A stretch of 64,000 nt of DNA, taken from contig CAVULX010000004.1 in NCBI GenBank assembly GCA_963742415.1, forward strand, positions 576,001 to 640,000, written 5' to 3'. The notes below the pieces were generated by a model. That model was not told the DNA's origin. It was given only the letters and a program-made list of their open reading frames with translations, and did no database searches. Below are positions 28,871 through 38,144 of the stretch, in pieces. The position numbers were made by a program, and so were the translations under genes. Source of the DNA: an uncultured Parachlamydiaceae bacterium (lineage in GTDB: Bacteria > Chlamydiota > Chlamydiia > Chlamydiales > Parachlamydiaceae). Position 1 is the first letter of the stretch, and every line of letters begins with the position of its first letter.

Positions 28871-30904
28871 CTACTTGATGAGGGCTTGCAAAAGGGAGGA
28901 AGCCTCTCTTTTGATTGCTTTCAAAGGATTTTTTGAGCGGCGTCCCTTTTCTTGACTATTTTGATCCTGGGTTTGTTCTTCGGGGTTTGTAACGTTGGCA
29001 TCACCCTCTGTTTCCCATGGCAATGGATTTGTTGTTGGCGGTGGAATTGGTTCCGTGTCATAGGCACCTGTAGCTAACCCCAAAACAGTTCCGAGGACCA
29101 TCCCTTGAGGGCCGCCGGCAATTTGAGCTGTGAGGGCTGCCAATTTAGCTGCAACTTTGCTCTTATCAATACTTGCATGACCTATTCTGCCTCGAAGGGG
29201 AAAAACCATCATATAATGGCGGCTGGGCATGGCTACTCCTAAGGCCTGTTGAAGAGATTTTCCTGTCAATCCAATCGACATTTTAATTTTATCTCCCGGC
29301 AAATCCACATGTCCCCATGTGGCAATCGGATACCGATGCAAAGTCAACATGTCGAAACGCTCCACGTGTACGACCCCATTTTGAATACTCAGATAAATAG
29401 GGGTGAATTGAACATTAATCGGGTTGTTTTGCGAAACCCTCAAGGCAGATAAAATATTGGCAACCTGCCCTTGATTACTGAAGTATACGTTGCCGAGATT
29501 GATAACCATTTTTCCTATTTGAATATGAGCCAGATCCATAGCGTTAATCGGCATTGCGAATCCTTCAGGTTCAATAGTTAACGATAATCTGTCATCTGCC
29601 GCGACTAAACCGTCCAAAAGGGGAACGATCTCCTGAAGAACGCTCTCCCCAAGCTCCGGCGAAGCTGTCACCTCAGCATAAAACGGCTGATTCAAAGTCA
29701 CATACCCTTGATTCATTTGGGCATCCAGCTGAAATGTTCCCTTAGCTCCATTTAAAACGACTTGAAAAGGGCCTGAGAGATGCTTTTGTTCCACAGTCGC
29801 ATCAATATTGATGAGCGGACCCAATAAAGCTTCCAACTTGGCGTGAGTCAACTGCTCCAAACAAACGACTTCGCATAATAGGTCTGCTGGCAGATGGGAA
29901 GCGTTGACATGAAAAGCCAAATCAGCTTCCTCATACCAAATCCCTTGTGTTGGGATTTTTAGCCTATCGATATTTATTTGAATACGAGCCTCATCATTAA
30001 GGGGGATATTATTGTTTTCCGACAGGAAACGGGCAAATTCAGGTGTGACTTTTAATTCGAACTGTGCAGGTGAAATTAAAGAGAGATCTTTTGAGGTTAA
30101 AGCTAAAGTTGCGGCCCCTTGCACATTTGGGCTATTGATTTGCAATTTAATGCTGGATCCAAGTTCTTGTTTTTCCTGCAGCAAATCGATGTTAACCCTA
30201 GGCCCAATGGCTAAAGGGATAGCTCGGATAAGACGGGAACTTTTGCGGCTGATGAATGGATCAAGCAAACTTGTCGGAAGGTTTTCAGCTTTGACGGATA
30301 AGCGTTGGATTTTTTCCGGTTCAAACCCTGTTAAAAGGGTATCGACAGTAAAAAAACCTTTTTCCGATCCCTCTTGCGTCTTTCCTGATAATTGGATCGA
30401 AAGGGGGGCATTGATCCCTTCGATTTGAATGTTCCCATCGACATCAAAGAGTTGGATCGTGTCTGGAGCAGAAGAGGGGATAGAAAAAGGGGTTTGCCCT
30501 AGAGCTTTTTGCAAATTGGTTTCCCCATTTGGATCCCGCACAATTTTTGCATTGAGACCTTTGATTTGAAGGCTGAAAATGTTTCCGGTGATGTTTAGCA
30601 GCTTAAATAATGATACAGAGGTTGAAACGTTGTCGATGGAAACCACCTCTTGCTGATTTGGATCCTTTAGGGAAACCCCCTTGATTTGCTGAGAACCTAG
30701 CCAACTGAAGCTTATTTTCTGGATCGTCAATTGTCCTGGAATGGCAGAATTGATGGAAGAAAGGTAGTAGTCCCTTGCCCAGGATGACGAAAGGATAATA
30801 GGAATTGCAAGAATAAAGGTCCAAACAAGAATAAATAATGCAATACCGATAAAAAGAAATGGTTTGAACCACCGCCATTTGTTTTTCTTTTGATCTAATG
30901 ACAC
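28871..30904 (-). CDS. AsmA-like envelope protein
   Basis: N-terminal TM, beta-rich repeats, GETNLQ motif typical of AsmA-like N-termini. Confidence 0.65.
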   Translation of the reverse strand: MSLDQKKNKWRWFKPFLFIGIALFILVWTFILAIPIILSSSWARDYYLSSINSAIPGQLTIQKISFSWLGSQQIKGVSLKDPNQQEVVSIDNVSTSVSLFKLLNITGNIFSLQIKGLNAKIVRDPNGETNLQKALGQTPFSIPSSAPDTIQLFDVDGNIQIEGINAPLSIQLSGKTQEGSEKGFFTVDTLLTGFEPEKIQRLSVKAENLPTSLLDPFISRKSSRLIRAIPLAIGPRVNIDLLQEKQELGSSIKLQINSPNVQGAATLALTSKDLSLISPAQFELKVTPEFARFLSENNNIPLNDEARIQINIDRLKIPTQGIWYEEADLAFHVNASHLPADLLCEVVCLEQLTHAKLEALLGPLINIDATVEQKHLSGPFQVVLNGAKGTFQLDAQMNQGYVTLNQPFYAEVTASPELGESVLQEIVPLLDGLVAADDRLSLTIEPEGFAMPINAMDLAHIQIGKMVINLGNVYFSNQGQVANILSALRVSQNNPINVQFTPIYLSIQNGVVHVERFDMLTLHRYPIATWGHVDLPGDKIKMSIGLTGKSLQQALGVAMPSRHYMMVFPLRGRIGHASIDKSKVAAKLAALTAQIAGGPQGMVLGTVLGLATGAYDTEPIPPPTTNPLPWETEGDANVTNPEEQTQDQNSQEKGRRSKNPLKAIKREASSLLQALIK

Positions 30905-30994
30905 TTGCTACTCCTCAGGTTAATAACATCATAAGTCTAATAGAATTACAGTTATTATTCCACAGGAGATAATTTTATTAATTTTAGAAACTTT

Positions 30995-31034
30995 AAGCAA
31001 AAGTCATCTTCGCAAATGAAGATGACTTTTGCTT
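30995..31034 (-). terminator. Intrinsic terminator hairpin
   Basis: AAGCAAAAGTCATCTTC-gcaaat-GAAGATGACTTTTGCTT just past the stop at 31048. Confidence 0.75.
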
Positions 31035-31047
31035 GGTTTTTGGAAAG

Positions 31048-32142
31048 TTATTGATTGAAGACATTATCAGGCGAATTTCGGGCCACTTTTGCATCCTCAA
31101 TGTCAAGGACCCCGCCGGTTGCATTAAAGATCCCGCCGCCTTGTATAGAGGCAATATTATTCGTTACTTTTGTATCCTTGAAAAAATTCGCTGTTCCAGT
31201 ATTATATACTCCGCCTCCATCAGTTGCACTCAGGTTTGCATGCACTTTTGAATGATATAGGCTAATCGTCACAAGACCGTTAAAAATTCCACCTGCTTCA
31301 CCTGCTTGATTTCTTAGGAATTTTACATGCGACAAAATGACGTTATTCGTCGCATTGAACAATCCACCGCCAGCTCCCCTTGTTGAGTTCGCTATTAACT
31401 TGGACTTTGTAATTGTGAGGCTACCTAAGGCTGAAAAAATTCCTCCCCCAGATGTTTGTGCTGAATTATTCTCTAGCTCGGTATCTACAATCGAGGTACT
31501 TCCTTCACCGTTATAGATCCCTCCTCCAGAAGCGCCCGCCTGATTTCCTGAAATTTTGGTATCATTTTCTGTTGTCAAATCGCCCCCATCATTAAAGATT
31601 CCACCCCCATTTTGGGCAGCGATGTTATTAATGACATGGACATGTTTAAGGGTCAAATCCCCTTCGTTAAAAATACCACCGCCATTTGTGGCTAAACCAT
31701 TTTGGATGATTAAATGCTCAATGAATACACCTGAAGAGATGGAAAGAACAGACCCAGTGGCACCTCCATCAAGAGTAGCATCATTCTTTCCTCGCAAGGT
31801 TAAATCCTTATTAATCGTGAAATTACCGACAAAAGTCCCATGAATTTTAAGTGTGTCACCTGCGCTTGCAGCATTAATGGCTGTTTGTAAGTTGTTGTAC
31901 ACAACCCCAGTATTTTCATTTTTGACAAAATGCTTAGCAATCTGAGCCGCTTCATTATCATCATCTTCAGTGACTCCTTCCACTTGCCTCAGTTCAATTC
32001 CTGATTCAGACTGAGTCTCTGATGCTACTTCAGCGTATCCTGCCGAGAAAACTAACGGCAGCAAAAGCCCCATTAAAGCTCCACATAGCTTCCATGGTGC
32101 AAATAGAAAACGATCTGTTTTAAATTCTTTGAATATAGCCAT
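31048..32142 (-). CDS. Secreted beta-helix (Pmp-like GGGI-N repeat) protein
   Basis: AGGAGG RBS; signal peptide; LQTAINAA-AGDT and repeated N-A--GGGIFN units; no autotransporter barrel. Confidence 0.8.
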   Translation of the reverse strand: MAIFKEFKTDRFLFAPWKLCGALMGLLLPLVFSAGYAEVASETQSESGIELRQVEGVTEDDDNEAAQIAKHFVKNENTGVVYNNLQTAINAASAGDTLKIHGTFVGNFTINKDLTLRGKNDATLDGGATGSVLSISSGVFIEHLIIQNGLATNGGGIFNEGDLTLKHVHVINNIAAQNGGGIFNDGGDLTTENDTKISGNQAGASGGGIYNGEGSTSIVDTELENNSAQTSGGGIFSALGSLTITKSKLIANSTRGAGGGLFNATNNVILSHVKFLRNQAGEAGGIFNGLVTISLYHSKVHANLSATDGGGVYNTGTANFFKDTKVTNNIASIQGGGIFNATGGVLDIEDAKVARNSPDNVFNQ

Positions 32143-32334
32143 AGATAAATTACCCTCCTTTGCAGACAATATTAATGTTTTTGTTAACCTTTCCTATAAA
32201 ATCGTATATTGTGAAAATTTTTTTAAAATTTCTATAGTTTTCTCAACTGCAGGTCTACTATTGCTTGCAAGTTTACCCCTTGCCAAGTATGCTTTTTCTG
32301 ACCTTCAGCTCTTAATTTCTTTGGAGATCTTAAA

Positions 32335-33612
32335 GTGAACGAAATCAACAATCTAAAATTTGGAACGGTACTATCAGCGATGTTTCTCGTGGGTGGAACA
32401 TGCATCGGTGGAGGAATGTTAGCTCTCCCGATTGCAACGGGGATAAGCGGATTTTTGCCCTCTATCTCAATCATGCTGCTTTGCTGGCTAGCTATGACTG
32501 CCACAGCTTTGCTACTACTTGAAGTCAGCCTTTGGATGGAAGAAGGGGTGCATGTCATTACAATGACATCTCGCCTTTTGGGTGCCCCGGGTAAGGCTGT
32601 TGCTTGGTGCTTATATTTATTTATATGTTACGCTTCCCTGGTAGCTTATACCGCAGGGGGAGGGGTGCAACTCTCCCATGCTTTTCAACACTATCTCGAT
32701 ATAACCCTTTCAAATAACGTAGCTTGCACCATATTTATTGCTGTATTCGGGCTGGTCATCTACTTGGGAAATAAAGTTGTTGGTCGGGTTAATTCCGTCC
32801 TTTTCATCGCCATGATTGTTTCCTACTTCAGTTTAGTTGGGATGGGGATTGATGAGGTCAAACCTGAATTGCTCAAAAATCAAAATTGGCCAACCTCCCT
32901 TTTGGCCCTTCCTTTGTTGTTGACTTCGTTTAGTTTCCAAACCATGGTGCCAAGTTTAACCCCTTATCTCAAAAAGCACGCAAAAGCTCTTCGAATTGCC
33001 ATCGTTGGGGGAACTTTCATCGCTTTGGTTGTCTATGCGGCCTGGGAAGCTCTGATCTTGGGAATAGTTCCCATTGAAGGCGCAAATGGTCTTGCGGACG
33101 CATTTTCCCGTGGGGAACCAGCCACTCAGTTTTTAAAAAACCATGTCGAAGGGCGTTGGATTGCACAAGTTGCTGAATATTTTGCCTTTTTTGCTTTAAT
33201 TACCTCCTTTTTAGGAATGGCCTTAGGTCTTTTCGATTTTCTTGCCGATGGACTCAGAATTAAAAAAATGGGATTTGGAAACATCTTATTAGGGGTGTTA
33301 GTGGCTGTGCCGACCCTCATTTTCGCTACCCAATTCGAAAGAATTTTTTTGCTTGCCTTAGATTCTTCAGGGGGATATGGAGACTCCATTCTCAACGGGA
33401 TTATTCCGGTTTTAATGGTATGGGTAGGACGTTATCGTTTAGGCTACATGCAAAATATTCAGTTGCCTGGAGGAAAATGGATATTATCACTTTTGTTTGT
33501 CTTTTTTATTTTTTCTCTCGGATTAGAAATTTTTGCTCATACGGGATTTGTGTCTTCGTTGTATGATTCATACGAGTTGTTAGATACTGCAATGCCAGAA
33601 CTGAAAGAATAG
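32335..33612 (+). CDS. tyrP: Aromatic amino acid permease (TyrP/Mtr family)
   Basis: GTCIGGGMLALP, LLLLEV, TSFSFQ-MVPSL, TSFLG. Confidence 0.88.
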   Translation: MNEINNLKFGTVLSAMFLVGGTCIGGGMLALPIATGISGFLPSISIMLLCWLAMTATALLLLEVSLWMEEGVHVITMTSRLLGAPGKAVAWCLYLFICYASLVAYTAGGGVQLSHAFQHYLDITLSNNVACTIFIAVFGLVIYLGNKVVGRVNSVLFIAMIVSYFSLVGMGIDEVKPELLKNQNWPTSLLALPLLLTSFSFQTMVPSLTPYLKKHAKALRIAIVGGTFIALVVYAAWEALILGIVPIEGANGLADAFSRGEPATQFLKNHVEGRWIAQVAEYFAFFALITSFLGMALGLFDFLADGLRIKKMGFGNILLGVLVAVPTLIFATQFERIFLLALDSSGGYGDSILNGIIPVLMVWVGRYRLGYMQNIQLPGGKWILSLLFVFFIFSLGLEIFAHTGFVSSLYDSYELLDTAMPELKE

Positions 33613-33621
33613 GAGATTGCC

Positions 33622-34104
33622 ATGGGACTAAAGATTGCTCTTCAAGCATTTATAAAGGCGTTAAAAAATCCAAAAAAAGCTCAAGAATTTATTGAAGATA
33701 TACCCATCAAACAGATAAATGCACAAGACTCTTCCCATCTCAGGCTTTTATCTATTTTACAGCATTCAGGAAGGCTTGTGGACTTTCTCAAAGAAGATAT
33801 TTCAAAATTTTCAGATGCGCAAGTGGGTGCTGCTGTTCGCAAAATCCATCAGGATTGCGGCAAATCTTTGGAAGATCTAGTAACGCTCCGTCCCATTATG
33901 GAAGAAAACGAAGGTTCAAAAATAAAAGTGCCTCAAGGGTATGATTCCAACAACATCAAAGTCGTCGGAAATGTTAAGGGAGAACCCCCTTATATTGGCG
34001 TCTTAGTCCATAAAGGTTGGAAAGCCCATAAAAAATCGATTCCAAAAATTACCGGGGAGCACCAATCTGAGGTGATTTGTCCTGCTGAAATAGAGGTGCG
34101 GTAA
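33622..34104 (+). CDS. DUF2760 domain protein
   Basis: LLSILQ-SGRLVDFLKEDI, DAQVGAAVR-IH, G-LVHKGW, PAEIEV. Confidence 0.85.
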   Translation: MGLKIALQAFIKALKNPKKAQEFIEDIPIKQINAQDSSHLRLLSILQHSGRLVDFLKEDISKFSDAQVGAAVRKIHQDCGKSLEDLVTLRPIMEENEGSKIKVPQGYDSNNIKVVGNVKGEPPYIGVLVHKGWKAHKKSIPKITGEHQSEVICPAEIEVR

Positions 34105-34108
34105 ACTT

Positions 34109-35935
34109 ATGAAAAATGAAAAATACATCGTCGGAATTGACCTCGGAACGACAAATTGTACGATGGCCTACGCCCCCATCGAAAATCCAAATCAAGCCAT
34201 TTGTCAATTTTCCATTCCTCAAATTACTCTTGCTGGGGTGCAAGAGGATCACTTCTCTCTGCCCTCTTTTGTCTATTTTCCTCTATCTCAAGAATTATCG
34301 GCAAAAGCTGCAGCCATCGACTGGGATAGTAAGCGGTGTCATTGCATAGGTATCTTTGCACGTGAACGGGGAAGTGAACTTTCATCGCGATTGATCTCCT
34401 CTGCTAAATCATGGCTATGCCACACGGGTATCAATCGACGGGAAAAGGCATTTCCTCTCGGAGATCACGATGATAATATCCAAAAAATGAGCCCTTTAGA
34501 TGCTTGCGCCGAATTTCTTCAACATTTAAAGGAAGCTTGGGAAAATAAAATGCCCGGCAGTTCTTTTACTGAGCAACAAATATTCATTACCGTTCCCGCT
34601 TCTTTCGATCCCAGCGCTAGGCAGTTGGTGCAAGAGGCAGCGGCCTTAGCAGGCTATCCCGAAGTTGTCCTCCTGGAAGAACCTCAAGCTGCTTTTTATT
34701 CATGGCTCTACGATCATTCGGAAGCATGGCGAAATTTATTAAAAATAGGGGACACGATCCTGGTCATCGATATAGGGGGAGGCACAACAGACTTCAGCCT
34801 TATTTCTGTGGAAAGTGAGGGAGGCGACCTCTCCCTTAAGCGGATAGCTGTCGGCTCTCACTTGCTATTGGGAGGAGATAATGTCGATCATGCTTTGGCC
34901 TATTTTGCCAAAAATAAGTTTGAAGAGGAGGGGCATCTCCTAGACGAGTGGCAATTTCAGTCTTTGATCCATGCATGCAGAAACGCTAAAGAGGCCTTAA
35001 TGGGGGAAAATCCCCCCGCCCAAACGGCGATCACTTTGATGGGGAGGGGAAGCAAGTTAATTGGCAATTCCATCAATACTACGATCACTTTTAATGAAGT
35101 CACGAAGATCATTGTGGATGGATTCATTCCGGTAGTCAAGCCTGAAGAAAAATCGAAACAAGAAAAACGAGTTGGATTGCAACAATTGGGATTGCCTTAT
35201 GTGCAAGATGCCCGAATTTCATGCCAGCTTGCCAAATTTCTTTCCATGACGGGGGAATCTGAGGGGGATAGCCTATCAAATTTTATTGTCCCTTCGGCAG
35301 TGTTGTTTAACGGCGGAACGATGAAATCCGCTGTGATGCGCAACAGATTAGTTGAAATCTTGAATAAGTGGGCGAAACAGCTCGGTAAACCTTCTGTTAA
35401 AGTTTTAGAGAACCAATCGTATGATTATGCCGTCAGCCGTGGAGCTGTCTATTACGGGCTAGCGCGCACAGGCAAAGCGATCCGCATTAAAAGCGGAACA
35501 AGCAGAAGTTATTTTGTCGGAGTGCAAGAAGCTGTTCCTGCCGTGCCAGGAATTGCCCCTCCGATCAAGGCTGTTTGCATTGTCCCTTATGGGATGGAAG
35601 AGGGTACGGAACAGGTCCTGAATCATCAGGAATTTGCTCTATCCTTGGGAGATCTTGCGACGTTTCGATTTTTTAGCCATGCCGTTCCAGCGTTTTCTAA
35701 TGGAGAAACCCCCTGTGTGGGGACTGTAATCAAAAATTGGAAATCGGAATTGACGGAATTGCTCCCCATAGAAACTGTATTGGAGAGAGGGGAGGAGGAA
35801 GCTAAAATGGTCCAGGTACAGTTAAAGTCCAAGATTACAGAGCTCGGGATGCTTGAACTGTGGTGTGAAGCACAAAATGGGCGCAAATGGAAGCTCGAAT
35901 TCGACATCAGGGGTGTTGATGCCAAACAACGCTAA
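34109..35935 (+). CDS. Atypical Hsp70-family protein
   Basis: [37 protein letters not shown]-terminus lacks the canonical DnaK substrate-binding domain and ends WKLEFDIR. Confidence 0.88.
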   Translation: MKNEKYIVGIDLGTTNCTMAYAPIENPNQAICQFSIPQITLAGVQEDHFSLPSFVYFPLSQELSAKAAAIDWDSKRCHCIGIFARERGSELSSRLISSAKSWLCHTGINRREKAFPLGDHDDNIQKMSPLDACAEFLQHLKEAWENKMPGSSFTEQQIFITVPASFDPSARQLVQEAAALAGYPEVVLLEEPQAAFYSWLYDHSEAWRNLLKIGDTILVIDIGGGTTDFSLISVESEGGDLSLKRIAVGSHLLLGGDNVDHALAYFAKNKFEEEGHLLDEWQFQSLIHACRNAKEALMGENPPAQTAITLMGRGSKLIGNSINTTITFNEVTKIIVDGFIPVVKPEEKSKQEKRVGLQQLGLPYVQDARISCQLAKFLSMTGESEGDSLSNFIVPSAVLFNGGTMKSAVMRNRLVEILNKWAKQLGKPSVKVLENQSYDYAVSRGAVYYGLARTGKAIRIKSGTSRSYFVGVQEAVPAVPGIAPPIKAVCIVPYGMEEGTEQVLNHQEFALSLGDLATFRFFSHAVPAFSNGETPCVGTVIKNWKSELTELLPIETVLERGEEEAKMVQVQLKSKITELGMLELWCEAQNGRKWKLEFDIRGVDAKQR

Positions 35936-35952
35936 CGATTGTAAGAGGAAAA

Positions 35953-36108
35953 AACAGGATAAGCATGATCGTAAACGGCAGGATAAGCAGGATAAAAGAA
36001 AAAAATTATTTTTTTTAAAATCGTTTAAACTTAATTATATTCCACATTCTAAACCTTTTTATTCAATATCATGCTTATCCTGCCGTTTACGATCATGCTT
36101 ATCCTGTT
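35953..36108. repeat. Palindromic intergenic element, copy C
   Basis: 42-bp arms 35953-35994 / 36067-36108 (1 mismatch); spacer nearly identical to copy B. Confidence 0.95.
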
Positions 36109-36153
36109 TCCTCCTCAAATCTCTGTGGCTACAATTAGTCATGACTTTGCCGG

Positions 36154-37845
36154 TCAGGTAAGCTTTTTGGCGCGTTCGCAGAAGCGTTGAAGGGCAGGTG
36201 AGAAGTCCATTTTTTCTACATCAATTTCTATTAAATAAAACTGCCCCCGCTTAGTAAATGATTCTTTGATGGCTTGATCCATTTCTTTTTCATTCGTAAC
36301 CTTGATCCCGATGCCTCCTCCAAAAACTTTTGTCAGCAAGGGGTAATCCCAATTTTGTATGTCATTGAAAGAGCCATCAATAAGGGGCCTTTCCGTTGCG
36401 TAACCATGATTGTTGAGGAGGATGATGACAGGATCTAAATGATATCTCACAGCGGTCGATAATTCCATTCCGGTCATTTGAAAAGCGCCATCCCCCACGA
36501 TTCCGATGACGCGTCTTTTAGGCAGAGCTAATTGTGCCCCGAGCGCTCCGGGAACTCCAAAGCCTAGTGTCGCAAAGTAAGCGCACGCCAAAAAAGAGTT
36601 TTGCTCTAAAATGAGGTCCACAGCTCCAAAAAGGCAGTCTCCTATATCCGTCACAACAACATGTTCAGGCTTCAGATGGGATTGGATGCATTCAAATAGG
36701 CGTTTGGTTGTTGCCTTTTGGCCTTGAACCAGATGAAAAACCGGGGGATGATATTTGGCAGCTTTTATATAATCCAAAGGGTATTTGGCTTTTAAAGATA
36801 TGGAAGAAAGCCCTTGGATGAAATCTTCAAAATTGACCTGATAGTGGTGATGGTCAATTCGAACAGACTCAGAATTCGCCAGAATTTGATGGGGCTGTTT
36901 CAGGTGCGCGGAAAAAATTCCGGTGTCCACATCGCTCATCATCATCCCTAGGCTTAACAAACAATCGGAGTTCTCCACACATTGGCTTACCTCCGGGCGG
37001 CTCATGACCCCTGCATAAACTCCAATGAATAGGGGATGCCTTTCACTGATAGCGGCTTTTCCCAGTAATGTTGTAAGGATAGGGATATCATATTTTTCGG
37101 CAAACTTAAGAAGGGGCTCGACCAGGCTGTAGCGTTGGATTTCGTGGCCTATCCAAATCATGGGCCGGCGAGATCGATTTAATATCGCAGATATTTCTTC
37201 CAAAGCCTCTTTAAGAGATTCAGGATCGGTTTTTTTTGCTGGAACTGAGGGATGGGTCTTCTCCACGATGGGGAGGTCGATCGAAGAGCGGGGAATCTCG
37301 ATATAAACCGGCTTCTGGTGGCGCAAACAGGCAGCAAGAACACGGTCGATGTCCTCTTGAGCTGTTTCGGGATTGTCCAATACAGTTTGATCCACAGTGA
37401 TCTGCTTAAAAATTTCCAATTGGGTGGTATCCAAATGCCCGATAGGAGATTTGTTGAAAAGGTGATGCAATTTAGATGAGACCTTCACTTCTTCCAGGCT
37501 TGGAGCTCCCGAGATGACAACCAGAGGAGAGCTTTCCACAAAGGATTGAGAAATTGCATTCGTGATATTGATGCCTACACCGTATGTAATGCAAACGGCC
37601 CCCAATCCACGCATGCGTGAGTACGCATCCGCCATATAGCCGGCCGTATTTTCCCGGGTTGTATTGATGTATTCAATAGGATGCTGTTCGATCAGCTTAT
37701 CAAAGCGTAAGATGTAGTCGCCCGGCACGCCAAAAATATGGTGCACACCGAGATGAAAGAGGCGATCTAATAAATAAGAGCCGATGGTAGCCGTCTTATT
37801 TTTAATTGGATTCGGGTGGACTTGTTGAGGAGAGGCGAGTTCCAT
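36154..37845 (-). CDS. TPP-dependent alpha-keto acid decarboxylase (indolepyruvate/pyruvate decarboxylase family)
   Basis: FGVPGDY, AGYMADAY-R, LHH, GDGAFQMTGMELST, NNHGY. Confidence 0.92.
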   Translation of the reverse strand: MELASPQQVHPNPIKNKTATIGSYLLDRLFHLGVHHIFGVPGDYILRFDKLIEQHPIEYINTTRENTAGYMADAYSRMRGLGAVCITYGVGINITNAISQSFVESSPLVVISGAPSLEEVKVSSKLHHLFNKSPIGHLDTTQLEIFKQITVDQTVLDNPETAQEDIDRVLAACLRHQKPVYIEIPRSSIDLPIVEKTHPSVPAKKTDPESLKEALEEISAILNRSRRPMIWIGHEIQRYSLVEPLLKFAEKYDIPILTTLLGKAAISERHPLFIGVYAGVMSRPEVSQCVENSDCLLSLGMMMSDVDTGIFSAHLKQPHQILANSESVRIDHHHYQVNFEDFIQGLSSISLKAKYPLDYIKAAKYHPPVFHLVQGQKATTKRLFECIQSHLKPEHVVVTDIGDCLFGAVDLILEQNSFLACAYFATLGFGVPGALGAQLALPKRRVIGIVGDGAFQMTGMELSTAVRYHLDPVIILLNNHGYATERPLIDGSFNDIQNWDYPLLTKVFGGGIGIKVTNEKEMDQAIKESFTKRGQFYLIEIDVEKMDFSPALQRFCERAKKLT

Positions 37846-37886
37846 GTTCCTTCTAACCCAATATGGTGCTTTATCTTCCCCTATTT

Positions 37887-38009
37887 AACAGGATAAGCAT
37901 GATCGTAAACGTCAGGATGAGCAGGATAAAAGAAATTTTTTTTTTAAAACTGAACCTTTTTATTCAATATCCTTCTTATCCTGCCGTTTACGATCATGCT
38001 TATCCTGTT
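37887..38009. repeat. Palindromic intergenic element, copy D (shortened spacer)
   Basis: Arms 37887-37928 / 37968-38009; 39-bp spacer; shares left flank TATGGTGCTTTATCTTCC with copy B. Confidence 0.93.
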
Positions 38010-38144
38010 TTTTCTTTCTCCGTGTCTTAGTGATTACCAATTGTCGTTTTTCTATGCATTTGCAATCGTTCGATCGCGGGAATTTTCACGCAGTTACAAA
38101 TTCCAATTCTTGAGTCACGTTCGGTATACCTTTTTCTATACCAA

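Noticed and set aside
35853..36161. 102-aa ORF with KQDK / SCLSC repeats (likewise 37996-38232, 52124-52387, 52522-52851, 58012-58371)
   Set aside because: Translation artefacts of the palindromic elements, mostly overlapping real genes
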